From an uncultured Acidobacteriaceae bacterium (GTDB lineage: Bacteria > Acidobacteriota > Terriglobia > Terriglobales > Acidobacteriaceae): a DNA stretch of 64,000 nucleotides. The position numbers and the translations under genes were made by a program. Shown here in pieces: positions 28,770 to 38,418 of this stretch. The stretch is taken from contig CAVVMQ010000007.1 in the NCBI GenBank assembly GCA_963749295.1, positions 17,708 through 81,707 of the forward strand, in the 5' to 3' direction. The stretch's first letter is position 1. Each line of letters starts with the position of its first letter. Under the pieces are notes generated by a model. It was not told the origin of the DNA, did no database searches, and saw only the letters and a program-made list of their open reading frames with translations.

Positions 28770-30026
28770 TCACGCCAAGGCGCGAATCAACAGAATAGTT
28801 TGATCATCCGCGCGGTGGCCGAATTTTTCCAGTTCGCTCATGAGCCGGTTCATGATTTCCTTCAGCGGATCCGCCCCGTGGCGAACCACTACCCGTTCCA
28901 CACCGTCGAATCCGAATTCCGCGCCTTCCGAATTTTCCGTCTCGAGCACGCCGTCGCTAAGCAGCACAAACAGGTCGCCCGGATCGTAGGATGCGACCGA
29001 TGAATCGTAAGCGCAGTCGCCCGTCAACCCCAGCGGAAACTGCTCCATGGCACGGCGCTCCGCCTTCTTGTTCGCTGCGTGATAGTGAAGAATGGCAGGA
29101 TGGCCGGCAATCAAGTACTCCACCCGGCCCTCACCGGCGAAGCGCAATCCCGCAAACGTGGCATACATCTCAGTTGGCTTCACCTCCGGCAGGACTTTGC
29201 AGACGGATGCGATCACAACGGGGAGCGATTGCCCTTGCGCAAATCCATAACGTAACGCGGTCTTCAGATTTCCCATCAAAAGGCTGGCCTGTATGCCATG
29301 ACCCGAAACGTCGGCCAGACAGGCGATCCAGCCCGCGTCCGTTGGAATCAGATCGACCAGGTCGCCGCCAACTTCTTCGCTGGGCAGGCTGAGTCCGTAT
29401 GCCTCGAAAGAGTCCGTGCGATAGGTAATCGGGGGAACCAGCATCTGCTGCATGTGGTAGGCCAGATCCAACTCGGTCCGCGTCCGCACCTGTTCCAAGC
29501 CCTGGGTATTGATGAAAAGAAGGAACGACCAGTATCCCAGCATGGTGGCTGACATGATGCAGATCGCATCGAGCGCGATCCGCTGATGGGCGGGGTCGGA
29601 AAGCGGAATGTGCGGCCCGCGGGGCAGCCAATCGGGGACATAGCCTGCCGCGACTCCCAGGATGATCAACACTGGAATTAACTTGAATACGCGCCGGCGC
29701 ACGATCACAAAGGATACGACGCCAGTCACACCGAACAATGAGGCCGAGATCAATAGAGCCCAGAAGGGAAGTATTCTCCATCCTACGAGGTCTTGGAAAA
29801 AACCCCACGCGCCCACCGTGAAAAACAATGCCATCAAAACTCCGGCCATGCTGCGGACAGGCAGGGCTTGCCAATAGCGAGCCTGTTTCCGCTCGAAAAT
29901 AATGGCGCTCATCGGGAGCACGGTGCTCAATATGGCAAGCGCAGTTGTCGCAATTTTGCGCGAGGCCGACTGGCGCGAATCCGGTGTAGTCATCAGCTTA
30001 TCCCCAGGATGCCGAATGCCTGCCAC
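28770..30026 (-). CDS. membrane-anchored PP2C (SpoIIE/RsbU-type) phosphatase
   Basis: An N-terminal polytopic region (about 5 TM) followed by GGDLVDL, LADVSGHG and LLSDGVLE motifs. Confidence 0.85.
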   Translation of the reverse strand: MAGIRHPGDKLMTTPDSRQSASRKIATTALAILSTVLPMSAIIFERKQARYWQALPVRSMAGVLMALFFTVGAWGFFQDLVGWRILPFWALLISASLFGVTGVVSFVIVRRRVFKLIPVLIILGVAAGYVPDWLPRGPHIPLSDPAHQRIALDAICIMSATMLGYWSFLLFINTQGLEQVRTRTELDLAYHMQQMLVPPITYRTDSFEAYGLSLPSEEVGGDLVDLIPTDAGWIACLADVSGHGIQASLLMGNLKTALRYGFAQGQSLPVVIASVCKVLPEVKPTEMYATFAGLRFAGEGRVEYLIAGHPAILHYHAANKKAERRAMEQFPLGLTGDCAYDSSVASYDPGDLFVLLSDGVLETENSEGAEFGFDGVERVVVRHGADPLKEIMNRLMSELEKFGHRADDQTILLIRALA

Positions 30027-30033
30027 TCTGCGT

Positions 30034-30915
30034 TCACTTCTTCCGCTCCACCAGGAACCGTGCCAACTCCTTCAGCGTCTCCGCTCGTTCACCGAAGCTT
30101 TCCAACTCTGCAAAGGCCGCGCTCACCAGCGAATCCGCCTTGCGCAGGGACTCATCAATCCCGAACAGCGCGGGGTAAGTCACTTTCTGTGCGGCCGTAT
30201 CTTTACCCGCGGTCTTGCCCAGCTGCTCCGAGGTTTGGGTTACGTCGAGCACGTCATCCACAATCTGAAAGGCCAGGCCAATCGAGTGCCCAAAGGCCCG
30301 CAGCTTTCTAACCTCGTTGTCCTTGGCTCCGGCATAAAGGCCGCCACTTACCAGGCTGGCCGTGATCAGCGCCGCGGTCTTCGCGCGATGAATATATTCC
30401 AGCATCTCCGCCGTGGGCTGGGTATGCTCGGCCTCCAGATCCACGACCTGCCCACCAATCATGCCATCCAGCGTGCCGGTGCCGCGCGCGATCTCTTCGA
30501 TAATCTTTACGCGCGCTTCCGCCGGACATTCCAGCCGCGCCAGCACTTCATAGGCCTGCGTCTGCAGCGCGTCTCCCGCAAGGATCGCCAGCGCCTCGCC
30601 GAACACCTTGTGGCATGTGGGACGTCCGCGCCGCAGATCGTCGTTGTCCAGCGCCGGCAGGTCGTCGTGAATCAGCGAGTAAGTGTGCAGCATCTCCAGT
30701 GCTGCGCCGAGTTCCTCGATTTTCTTCGGGAACGATCCTGCAATCATTCGTCCGGCCTCGATGCAGAGCACCGGGCGCAGCCGCTTGCCTCCGGCGAAGA
30801 CACTGTGCCGCATGGCCTTGTGAATAGACGTTGGATGCTGGGTTTCAAGCGGAATCAGCCGGTCCAGGGCCGCGTCCGTTAAAGCCCGTCCTTGCTCGAG
30901 GGTCTCTTGCAGCAT
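30034..30915 (-). CDS. ispA: polyprenyl (farnesyl/geranylgeranyl) diphosphate synthase
   Basis: First DDxxD in LIHDDLPALDNDDLRRGRPT and second in FQIVDDVLD. The ATG at 30915 (MLQETLEQ) is preferred to the ORF-track start at 31005. Confidence 0.9.
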   Translation of the reverse strand: MLQETLEQGRALTDAALDRLIPLETQHPTSIHKAMRHSVFAGGKRLRPVLCIEAGRMIAGSFPKKIEELGAALEMLHTYSLIHDDLPALDNDDLRRGRPTCHKVFGEALAILAGDALQTQAYEVLARLECPAEARVKIIEEIARGTGTLDGMIGGQVVDLEAEHTQPTAEMLEYIHRAKTAALITASLVSGGLYAGAKDNEVRKLRAFGHSIGLAFQIVDDVLDVTQTSEQLGKTAGKDTAAQKVTYPALFGIDESLRKADSLVSAAFAELESFGERAETLKELARFLVERKK

Positions 30916-31019
30916 GGAGCAGTGAGTATAACAAGGGGGCGGCGGAAGGTGAAAAAGCAAGGACGCCTTTCGGCGTCCTCGCTGTGCAAGACTTTGCCGC
31001 TGCAAGACTTAGAATGACG

Positions 31020-31388
31020 CTACGCGGCGGCGCTCTTTGCGAATGCGACGCTGCGCACGGCGGAACTCACGACATTCTGCACGTCATCGACCGGGCACAC
31101 GTCGCTGGCGCCAGCCTCCATGGCGGCAATCCACAACTCCTCATCCGGTATGCGATAGGTGCACACAATCGGCAATGAGGGGAAATCGTGGTGCAAGTTC
31201 CGCACATCCGTCAGACGAGAATACTCCATATCGAGAATTACGACTTCAGGCCGCTTCCCTGCGACCTGCTCGCGGAGTTCGTCCCGGGAGCGTGTCAAGT
31301 GTATGGGATTGAAATGAGAAGAAAGCCCACCGGCCAGAGACCGAGCGAGCCGGGAATCGCTTTCAAGAACTACTGCACAAAAGCCCAT
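31020..31388 (-). CDS. single-domain response-regulator receiver (REC)-like protein
   Basis: (beta-alpha)5-like pattern with VVLESD, VVILDME (candidate acceptor Asp) and PIVCTY. The conserved Lys region is atypical. Confidence 0.65.
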   Translation of the reverse strand: MGFCAVVLESDSRLARSLAGGLSSHFNPIHLTRSRDELREQVAGKRPEVVILDMEYSRLTDVRNLHHDFPSLPIVCTYRIPDEELWIAAMEAGASDVCPVDDVQNVVSSAVRSVAFAKSAAA

Positions 31389-31508
31389 AGATCCTCCTGA
31401 CTTACAACCGTCAGCTACGGCGGACTAGGGCTGCGGGGAAGGGTTTCGGGACCGCCACTCCACAGCATTACAACAGCGAGCCCGGCAGTCATTCCCTGCC
31501 AGCAGCAT

Positions 31509-31748
31509 CTATCTGCGGGCGGGCGCCTTTTCCACCAAGGGCTCGAACGGTTCAGCCTGGAGCTTCCCGTTTTTCTTCAGCAGGATCTCCACCTTGCCTT
31601 CAGCCTGTTCCAGTTCCTTGCGGCAAGTGGAGGAGAGGTGCATGCCTTCTTCGAAAAGCGTCAGAGACTTTTCCAGCGGCACGTCTCCCTTTTCCAGTTC
31701 CTGAACAATTGTTTCCAAGCGCTGAAGGCACTCTTCAAACTTGGCCAA
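31509..31748 (-). CDS. xseB: exodeoxyribonuclease VII small subunit
   Basis: FEECLQRLETIVQELEKGDVPLEKSLTLFEEGMHLSSTCRKEL is the canonical XseB core. Confidence 0.9.
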   Translation of the reverse strand: MAKFEECLQRLETIVQELEKGDVPLEKSLTLFEEGMHLSSTCRKELEQAEGKVEILLKKNGKLQAEPFEPLVEKAPARR

Positions 31749-31855
31749 CGGGATTTAGCTCCTTCCTATTGTATGCAACTTTCTGCGCAGGGTGTCCAGT
31801 CTTTTCTTGTAAATAATCTGTGAATAAACACCCCGCCGCTCCGAAAAACGGAACG

Positions 31856-33718
31856 CTAGGCCGGGGCGGGACTCTTGGTACCCAGCGCCTCGAGCACGTC
31901 CACCGCCGAGCTGTAACGCCCCTGGGGCGCGCTGATTTGCGCCCCCTGCACGGTGTGCCGAACCGCAACCAGCATCTCCCGCGCGATGGCCACGCCCTCT
32001 TCCCTGGCCGCTTGCGGTGTGGGAGCCCTCTGCATACGCTCCAGAATCGAGTCCGGGACCGAAACCCGAAGCTCGTTTTTCATGAACTCGGCATTGCGCA
32101 CGCTCACCAGCGGCCAAATCCCAGCCACCACCGGGATGCGAAACTGCTCAATCCTCTTCAGGAAGTTCTCCAGCAAGCGGATGTCGAAAACCGGTTGGGT
32201 TACGGCGTATTCAGCCCCGGCCTGCACTTTGAACTCGAACCTCCGAATCTCCTCGTCCAGGTCGGTAAGGCCTGGGTTCGCCCCCACGCCGATCACAAAG
32301 CCCGTGCCTGCTCCGATGGGATTTCCCCCCAAGTCGAGCCCACGGTTCAAGTTATGGACAATGTTGACCAACCCGATGGCATCCACATCGAACACCGCCG
32401 TCGCATCCGGATAGTTGCCCATCTTCGGGGGATCGCCCGTGATGCAGATCAGGTTCTTGATCCCTACCGCTGCCGCTCCCAAAAGGTCACTCTGGATGCA
32501 CAGCACATTGCGGTCGCGGCAGGTGTAGTGGAGGATGGCATCGATTCCCGCCTCCCGCTGCACCAGCAACGACAGCGCCTGGTTACTCATGCGCGCCGAA
32601 GCCCGCGGACTGTCCGGAATGTTGACCGCATCCACCCCCATCGACTTCAGGAACCGTGAACCTTCCAGTTCTTTTTGGATATCGGTTCCTTTGGGAGGAA
32701 CCACCTCCACCATGGTGACGAATTCTCCCCGGGCCAGCTTTGCCCCTAAAACCGATCGTTCTGCTAAAGGTTGAACCGGCGCAGCCATCGGAGCGGCGGC
32801 ACTTCCGCCAACCTGCACTGAAGCCGTCTTCCCCCTGGCTTCTCCAACCCGCAGAGCGGACTTCATGACACGGATGTGGTCGGGAGTGGTTCCGCAACAT
32901 CCCCCGACGATCCGCGCGCCGGCAGCAACGAACTTCCGCGCATAGCTCGCCATGTATTCCGGAGAGCACAGATAGATATTCCTGCCTTCCACCGAGCGCG
33001 GAATGCCTGCATTCGGTTGCGCGGAAAGCGGCAGAGAAGTGACGGCTCGCACCCGCTCGATGGCATCCAGCATAGCCACCGGGCCCACACTACAGTTGCA
33101 ACCGATGACATGGGCGCCCCACTCTTCGAGCCGGGGCGCAAAAGTCTCCGGATCGGAACCGTCCAGGCAGTTGCCGTCTTCGTCGATCGTAACCTGCACG
33201 ACCAAAGGCAATTTTGCCCCTACGTCTTTGGCCGCCAGAACGGCCTGATGAACTTCCTCGAGGTAGCCAAAGGTTTCAAGCATCAGCAGATCGACGCCGC
33301 CTTCCACCAAGGCACCGATCTGCTCGCGGAACGCTTGCCGGGCCTCCTCAAAAGAGGTTTTTCCCAGGGGCTCGATTCTGGTTCCCAGTGGGCCAACCGA
33401 TCCTGCCACCCACACATCGAAGCTCTTGGCGGCTTCCCGGGCCAGCCGCGCGCCTGCCAGGTTAATGTCGCGCACTTTGTCGGCGATACTGTGCCGCGCC
33501 AGACGGAAGGCATTGGCCCCAAAGGTATTGGTTTCGATGATTTCGGCCCCAGCCTGCAAATAGTCGTGGTGAATCGCACGAATCAGGTCGGGCTGGGAGA
33601 GATTCAGCTCGTCGTAGCAGCGGTTAATAAACACGCCCTTGGCATAAAGCAAGGTTCCCATGGCCCCGTCGCAGAGAACCGGGGATTGCTTGATCCGGGT
33701 AAGAAGGTCAGCCGCCAT
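31856..33718 (-). CDS. bifunctional homocysteine S-methyltransferase / 5,10-methylenetetrahydrofolate reductase (YitJ-type)
   Basis: The N-terminal Hcy-binding domain ends in the GGCCGTTPDHI zinc site; the C-terminal MTHFR domain contains HYTCRDRN. Confidence 0.9.
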   Translation of the reverse strand: MAADLLTRIKQSPVLCDGAMGTLLYAKGVFINRCYDELNLSQPDLIRAIHHDYLQAGAEIIETNTFGANAFRLARHSIADKVRDINLAGARLAREAAKSFDVWVAGSVGPLGTRIEPLGKTSFEEARQAFREQIGALVEGGVDLLMLETFGYLEEVHQAVLAAKDVGAKLPLVVQVTIDEDGNCLDGSDPETFAPRLEEWGAHVIGCNCSVGPVAMLDAIERVRAVTSLPLSAQPNAGIPRSVEGRNIYLCSPEYMASYARKFVAAGARIVGGCCGTTPDHIRVMKSALRVGEARGKTASVQVGGSAAAPMAAPVQPLAERSVLGAKLARGEFVTMVEVVPPKGTDIQKELEGSRFLKSMGVDAVNIPDSPRASARMSNQALSLLVQREAGIDAILHYTCRDRNVLCIQSDLLGAAAVGIKNLICITGDPPKMGNYPDATAVFDVDAIGLVNIVHNLNRGLDLGGNPIGAGTGFVIGVGANPGLTDLDEEIRRFEFKVQAGAEYAVTQPVFDIRLLENFLKRIEQFRIPVVAGIWPLVSVRNAEFMKNELRVSVPDSILERMQRAPTPQAAREEGVAIAREMLVAVRHTVQGAQISAPQGRYSSAVDVLEALGTKSPAPA

Positions 33719-33898
33719 ATACTTGCTCAGAATACAGGATCATCCGGGGTCGTGCATCTATGGTTCACGCTCGGGCGACGGGTTCCAATGCGTCGCCATC
33801 CCCGAGTTGCGAAGGCAGTTGCGCAAAATCAAGTGCGAATGATGCGAACTCTGAGGTCTGCTATAATCCGCTCTTTCGCACCTAAATCTTCATCTTTC

Positions 33899-35251
33899 AT
33901 GTTGTTAGGAGCCTGCCGTTTGAAGTTTGATGGGAAGAGATTCGCGCTTCTGCCTGCCCTGCTTCTGGTTGCCATTCCTCTTGTCTCCTGCGGCGGCGGT
34001 GGACCGACCATTGCCAGGCCGCCCAGCGGAGTAACCACTCGGGTTCTGGCATCGCAGAGTGTCGCAAGCGCGACAGCGGCAGCCGGCCTGGTGATCGTTG
34101 ACGGTCAGATCGACACGCTGGTGAGGGGTGGTGAAGTCAGCGCCGGCAATTCTCCTGGCCTCATGGCAATATCGCCCGACAGAAAGACCGTGCTCGCGTT
34201 TAATTCGGTGGTCAATAATTGGGGAGTGGAATTCATCAGCACCGCCACCGAGACTCAACTCGGCGGCTTGCAACTGCCGGGACCCTCTACCAGTATGGTT
34301 GCCCTGGACACTGGTTTCGGCTATGTGGCAGTGCCATCGGCTCCATTTGTAACTGGCCCGTCCCCCGGAGCAGTTGAGGTATTGAACCTTGCGACCGGCA
34401 CTCTCACGGCTACGATCAGCATCCCCAATGCACAAACGTTGGTTTCGAGTCCGGATGGAACCAAACTGCTGGTTTTCAACAATTCAAACTCCGTGACCGT
34501 GATGTCGCAACTTCTCGTGAACACTGGGAACCCGGTCATCGTCACCGTCCCGGGTTTCGACATGCCCGTATATGGGGTCTTTAGCGCGGACGGCGGAACG
34601 GCCTACATCCTGAATTGCGGCGCCCAGTGCGGAGGCACGCAGGCCAGCGTACAGATTCTGAACATGACTACGACTCCGCCGACAGTCGGTGCGGTCATCC
34701 CGGTGAACGGCGCAACCATCGGTTTCCTTTCCGGATCGACGCTCTATGTGGCTGGGAAAGGAACGCCCACCGGCCCCCTCTGTGCCTCGATTCCCTCCGC
34801 AGCTCCCACAGCCGCGACGTTTTGCGGCACCCTCGATCTCGTCGACCTGACCACAATGCAGGATCCGTATTTCAACAATCCGGTCACGGAAATCGCCATC
34901 ACCGACGGCTACCACGACCGCATCGATATGAGCGTCAACGGTCAGCTCTTCGTCGGCTCGTACGGCTGCACCAATATCGGCGACGTGAATAACATACAGA
35001 GCGAAGTGCGCGGCTGCCTCTCCATCTTCAATACCGCGAACGGCGCAGTCGTAATTCCGCCGGATAACGGCGATGTCACCGGCCTGCAGAGCTTCACCAC
35101 CCGCGATGTGGAGTACGTCGTCGAAGGCGGCAACCTGCGCGTCTACGACACGCTCCTCGATAAGTTGCTGGCTCCCAACAGCTATATTGAAACCGGAACT
35201 ATCCTCATCACCGGCTATATCATCGACGTGAAAGCCATCGACTTTTTCTGA
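33899..35251 (+). CDS. lipoprotein with a beta-propeller-like (YVTN/NHL-type) body
   Basis: Lipobox LVSC after a hydrophobic segment (alternative TTG start at 33920). Repeated 'SPDG.../V...G' strand motifs. The part of ORF 32876-35251 before 33899 is antisense to the previous gene. Confidence 0.7.
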   Translation: MLLGACRLKFDGKRFALLPALLLVAIPLVSCGGGGPTIARPPSGVTTRVLASQSVASATAAAGLVIVDGQIDTLVRGGEVSAGNSPGLMAISPDRKTVLAFNSVVNNWGVEFISTATETQLGGLQLPGPSTSMVALDTGFGYVAVPSAPFVTGPSPGAVEVLNLATGTLTATISIPNAQTLVSSPDGTKLLVFNNSNSVTVMSQLLVNTGNPVIVTVPGFDMPVYGVFSADGGTAYILNCGAQCGGTQASVQILNMTTTPPTVGAVIPVNGATIGFLSGSTLYVAGKGTPTGPLCASIPSAAPTAATFCGTLDLVDLTTMQDPYFNNPVTEIAITDGYHDRIDMSVNGQLFVGSYGCTNIGDVNNIQSEVRGCLSIFNTANGAVVIPPDNGDVTGLQSFTTRDVEYVVEGGNLRVYDTLLDKLLAPNSYIETGTILITGYIIDVKAIDFF

Positions 35252-35288
35252 TCTTTTTTGATCCCTGGGTAGGAAAAAGTTTCGCGAT

Positions 35289-35360
35289 GAGATTCGTATC
35301 AGGGCGCGCATTTATGCGTGCTGCAAGCGCCTCATTATGAGCCGCCTTCAGGCGCTGATT
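35289..35360 (+). repeat. double-hairpin REP-like element (gattcgtatcagggc family)
   Basis: gagattcgtatcagggcgcgcatttatgcgtgctgcaagcgcc...ccgccttcaggcgctg; hairpins gcgcat-tt-atgcgtgc and gcgcc...ggcgc. Confidence 0.7.
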
Positions 35361-35379
35361 GCGGAATACGTGCGTAACA

Positions 35380-37859
35380 CTATCTACCCTGTTCCAGCAC
35401 CAGCCGGTGCGCTGCAGTCGTCTCCACCGCTTGCTGGGTAAAAGGCAACGCGAACGTCGAGCCTTCGTACCAGGCTTTCCATTGATCCATATAGTGCGGG
35501 CTTAGAAAGTTTCCACCCTGACCAGTGACCGTGTTCAAGGTCGATTGATCCAGGTCCGCAAGGTTTGCAGTGAAACGTTCGGAAGGCCCTTCATGGTGTG
35601 TTACAGCTTTTACCGTGTATTTGCTGCCCGATTGCTCCCTGACGCCCGGCCCGGACCAGCGCCGAACCAACGGAATCTTGCCCAGCACCGGGTGGTCGAT
35701 TTCCACCGCGTTAACACTGCCCCAATGCCATGAAGCCAGATCTTTTGGAACTCCCGGCCCGCTCAGAGCGGCCTCTACCGCGGCGGTCAGCAGTTCATCG
35801 TAATTCGGATATTTTTCCGGCAGCCAGCGCTTGGGCTGATGCAGCAGAACATTCTGCAGCCACACCGTTTGCATCTGCCAATGGTAGGTCTCCCACCTCA
35901 AGGTTTCTGCCTGTTGCTCCGGATCTTCCATGGCAGGTCCCAGTGCAGGTCCCAGGCGGGGCTCGAGCAGCAGGCGCGTCAGCTCTTCCCCCGAACGCAC
36001 AGCGATGGTTGCAGCCGTAGAAGAGGCCAGCATGCGACCATCCCAGCTGCGCATGAGATCGGCAGCCTGTTTTGCGCGTGCGGAGGGTTGCGCGGCGTGA
36101 TCGATCGCGTAGACAAAGCGTTCGGCCGCGAACAGGTCATTTTCCGAGTGAACGTCGTTCTGGAGCGCCAGCATGTCCGCGGCCGAAAACTTGCGCCCGG
36201 ATTCCAGCACGTGATAAATGCGCTCCGTGCGCCACGGCGCCTCCCACTCCGTGCTGACGGAATAACGATAGCCATCCGGCGTGATGCGCCCATTGGCAGT
36301 TGCGATCACTCCCGAAGGAGGATTGTAGATACTCGGCAGCTTTTCAAAAGGGATGTAGCCTGTCCATTCGTGGGAATCGTCGGCGCCGCTGACCGGCAAA
36401 CTGCCGTCGCCTGCGGCGCGAATTGGAACGTGCCCCGTAGCCTGGTAACCGATGTTGCCGTCCACGTCGGCGTAAACCACATTCTGCCCCGGCGCATCGA
36501 ACTGCGAAAACGCCTTGCGGAATTCCTCCCAGTTCTGTGCGCTGTTGACATCGAAAAGCGGCATGCGCAGGCCGTCATACAACGTCCACCGCAGCGCCAG
36601 TTGCCGCGTTTCTCCCGGCAATGTGTCCGTGACGATGGGCCCGTGCCGCGTGATCCTTACATCCACCGTGACGTCCGGCTTGCCCTTGACGTGGATCACC
36701 TCCGCGCGGTGCTCTGGCTGCTGCCAGCCCTGCGGCGTCTGGTAGGCTCCCTGCCCATTGAAGTTCTCGATAAATGCATCCGTTACCGTCGGCCCGACGT
36801 TGGTGAATCCCCATGCGATTCGTTGATTGTGGCCAACGATCACGTACGGCATTCCCGGCAGCGTCACTCCCGCCACATCCAGACTGCCCGATTTAAGATG
36901 CGCCTCGTACCAAAGGTTCGGCATCTGGTGCCCGAGATGCATGTCATTGGACAACAGAGGCTTCCCGTGACCGTGTGCGCTCCTGAAACCACCCAGTCGT
37001 TCGATCCCTTGACGGCTTCCGGGACGCGCTGTGCCCAGAATTCTGTCCCTGTACTTCTCAACTGCGTCACCGAGTTGTCCGGCCCCTCGTCGTCATCCTC
37101 ATCGTCGTCGTTGGAGTCGCCCTGATTTTCTTGATCGGTGAGGTCTTCCCGCATGACTGTCGGCGGACGATCATGCCACGAGCGGTTCACGTAGAGATCG
37201 GCGGTCAACTCCGGCCCCAGCCTGGCCAGAATCTTCTCGCGCGCCAGCATGTCACCGAAGGTGAAGTAGTTGAGATCCTTCACCATCTGGTTCGCAATGA
37301 CAATGGAATCTTCCGCCTGCCACGGTTTCGGCCGGTAGTGCAAGATGCGGAACTCGATGGGTAGGCCGCTGCCATGAGTCTCGATGAACGCATTCACCCC
37401 GCGCGCAAAGGCATCAAAATAAGAACGATCACGGGGACTCGCCATCTGCAAAGACTTCCTGGCCGCCGCCCGCAGTCCCAGGATGCGATGCTCGCGGTCG
37501 ATCTTGAGTGTATCCTCGCCCAGAATCTCGGAGAGTTCCCCCGCCCCGACGCGCCGCATCACGTCCATCTGCCAAAGCCGGTCCTGCGCGGTGACGTAGC
37601 CTTGGGCAAGAAACAGATCCTCCAGCGTCGCAGCCTCGATGGCGGGCACTCCGTGGCTGTCACGCGTGACTTTCACTGCTGCGGAGAGCCCTTTCACCTG
37701 GAGCCTTCCATCAAGCTGAGGCAGAGCCGAGCGGGCGATGAAGTACGCATAAGCGGCCACGCCCGCCGCCAGCAGCAGAATCAAGATCAGGCATAGGAGA
37801 ATGCGTCGCCCGCTCGAAAGCCGCGCAACAGGAACGCCAGTCACAGTAAGAGTGCTCAT
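35380..37859 (-). pseudogene. penicillin/AHL acylase family Ntn-hydrolase, 1-nt deletion at ~36961-36966 as sequenced
   Basis: Fragment 36864-37859 holds the TM anchor, alpha subunit, acidic spacer DSNDDDEDDDE and nucleophile GSNDWVVSGAHTVTG. Fragment 35380-36954 continues (K)PLLSNDMHLGHQMPNLWYE... Confidence 0.9.
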
Positions 37860-37893
37860 GAAGAATTCAATTCTAGCAGCCCGAGTCGCGACC

Positions 37894-37985
37894 GAGATTC
37901 GTATCAGGGCGACTTCAGTTGTGCGATAGGCTCGCCTTATTCATACTGCCGGCTTTGGCCGCTGAGGCCGCATTGGCGCAGCGCA
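37894..37985 (+). repeat. double-hairpin REP-like element, diverged copy
   Basis: Shares cgcga..gagattcgtatcagggcg with the copy at 35283-35305, then gacttcagttgtgcg and ggccgctgaggccgcattggcgc. Confidence 0.65.
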
Positions 37986-38172
37986 AGTACTTTTCCGCAG
38001 CCGCTCGCGAGTTGGGGCCTAAAGACTCTTGTCATCATTCTGCATCGCAGCTTAAATATGCGGTTCCGCCATCGGTTCACGCAAACCTCGATTCCCCCGA
38101 AAGGATCACAGGAGTCAAGGCTTCTAGCCTTTTTCTTATGCAGATCTCGATCCCATTCGCTGCCCATTCTGC

Positions 38173-38373
38173 GTGGAAGGGAACCACTTCCAAAGTGATG
38201 ACGGAAGTGGAGAGCGGCCTGCGCTCAAATGTGGTCATTGTGGCCATCGGGTTGCGCCGGCGAATCCGTTCTTCAGATGCACCTGCGTCAAATGCTTTGC
38301 GCTTGATCACTCCGTCCGTGGGAGCGTCCGGCAAAGGCCATCTGCTGCATTGGCAGGACACCGGTCCCGCTGA
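38173..38373 (+). CDS. possible small zinc-ribbon protein (N-terminus unresolved)
   Basis: The frame is open from 38128 and encodes ...DPIRCPFCVEGNHF...LKCGHCGHRV...FRCTCVKC (CxxC x2 plus CxCxxC). The only in-frame start (GTG 38173) would remove the first CPFC. The ATG at 38138 is in another frame. Confidence 0.3.
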   Translation: MEGNHFQSDDGSGERPALKCGHCGHRVAPANPFFRCTCVKCFALDHSVRGSVRQRPSAALAGHRSR

Positions 38374-38390
38374 AAATGAATTTCATTTTC
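38372..38390. promoter_or_regulatory. Fur-box-like operator, perfect 9-1-9 palindrome GAAAATGAAtTTCATTTTC
   Basis: Lies 29 nt upstream of the fur start. It matches the classical GATAATGATAATCATTATC consensus at 15 of 19 positions. Confidence 0.6.
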
Positions 38391-38418
38391 AAGATGCCCG
38401 GTGCTATCCTGACGCTTC

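Noticed and set aside
32876-33898. 5' two-fifths of the 791-aa plus-strand ORF 32876-35251
   Set aside because: It is antisense to the well-supported MetH-N/MetF fusion gene. The composition is Arg/Gly/His-rich and not protein-like. The real gene starts at the lipoprotein signal peptide (33899).
33719-33898. Possible SAM riboswitch in the leader of the MetH-N/MetF fusion gene
   Set aside because: The leader has a stable hairpin (CUCGGGGAUGGCGACG...CGUCGCCCGAG). I could not find the SAM-I (GAGGGA...GCAACC), SAM-II or SAM-IV signature elements. A covariance-model search would be needed.
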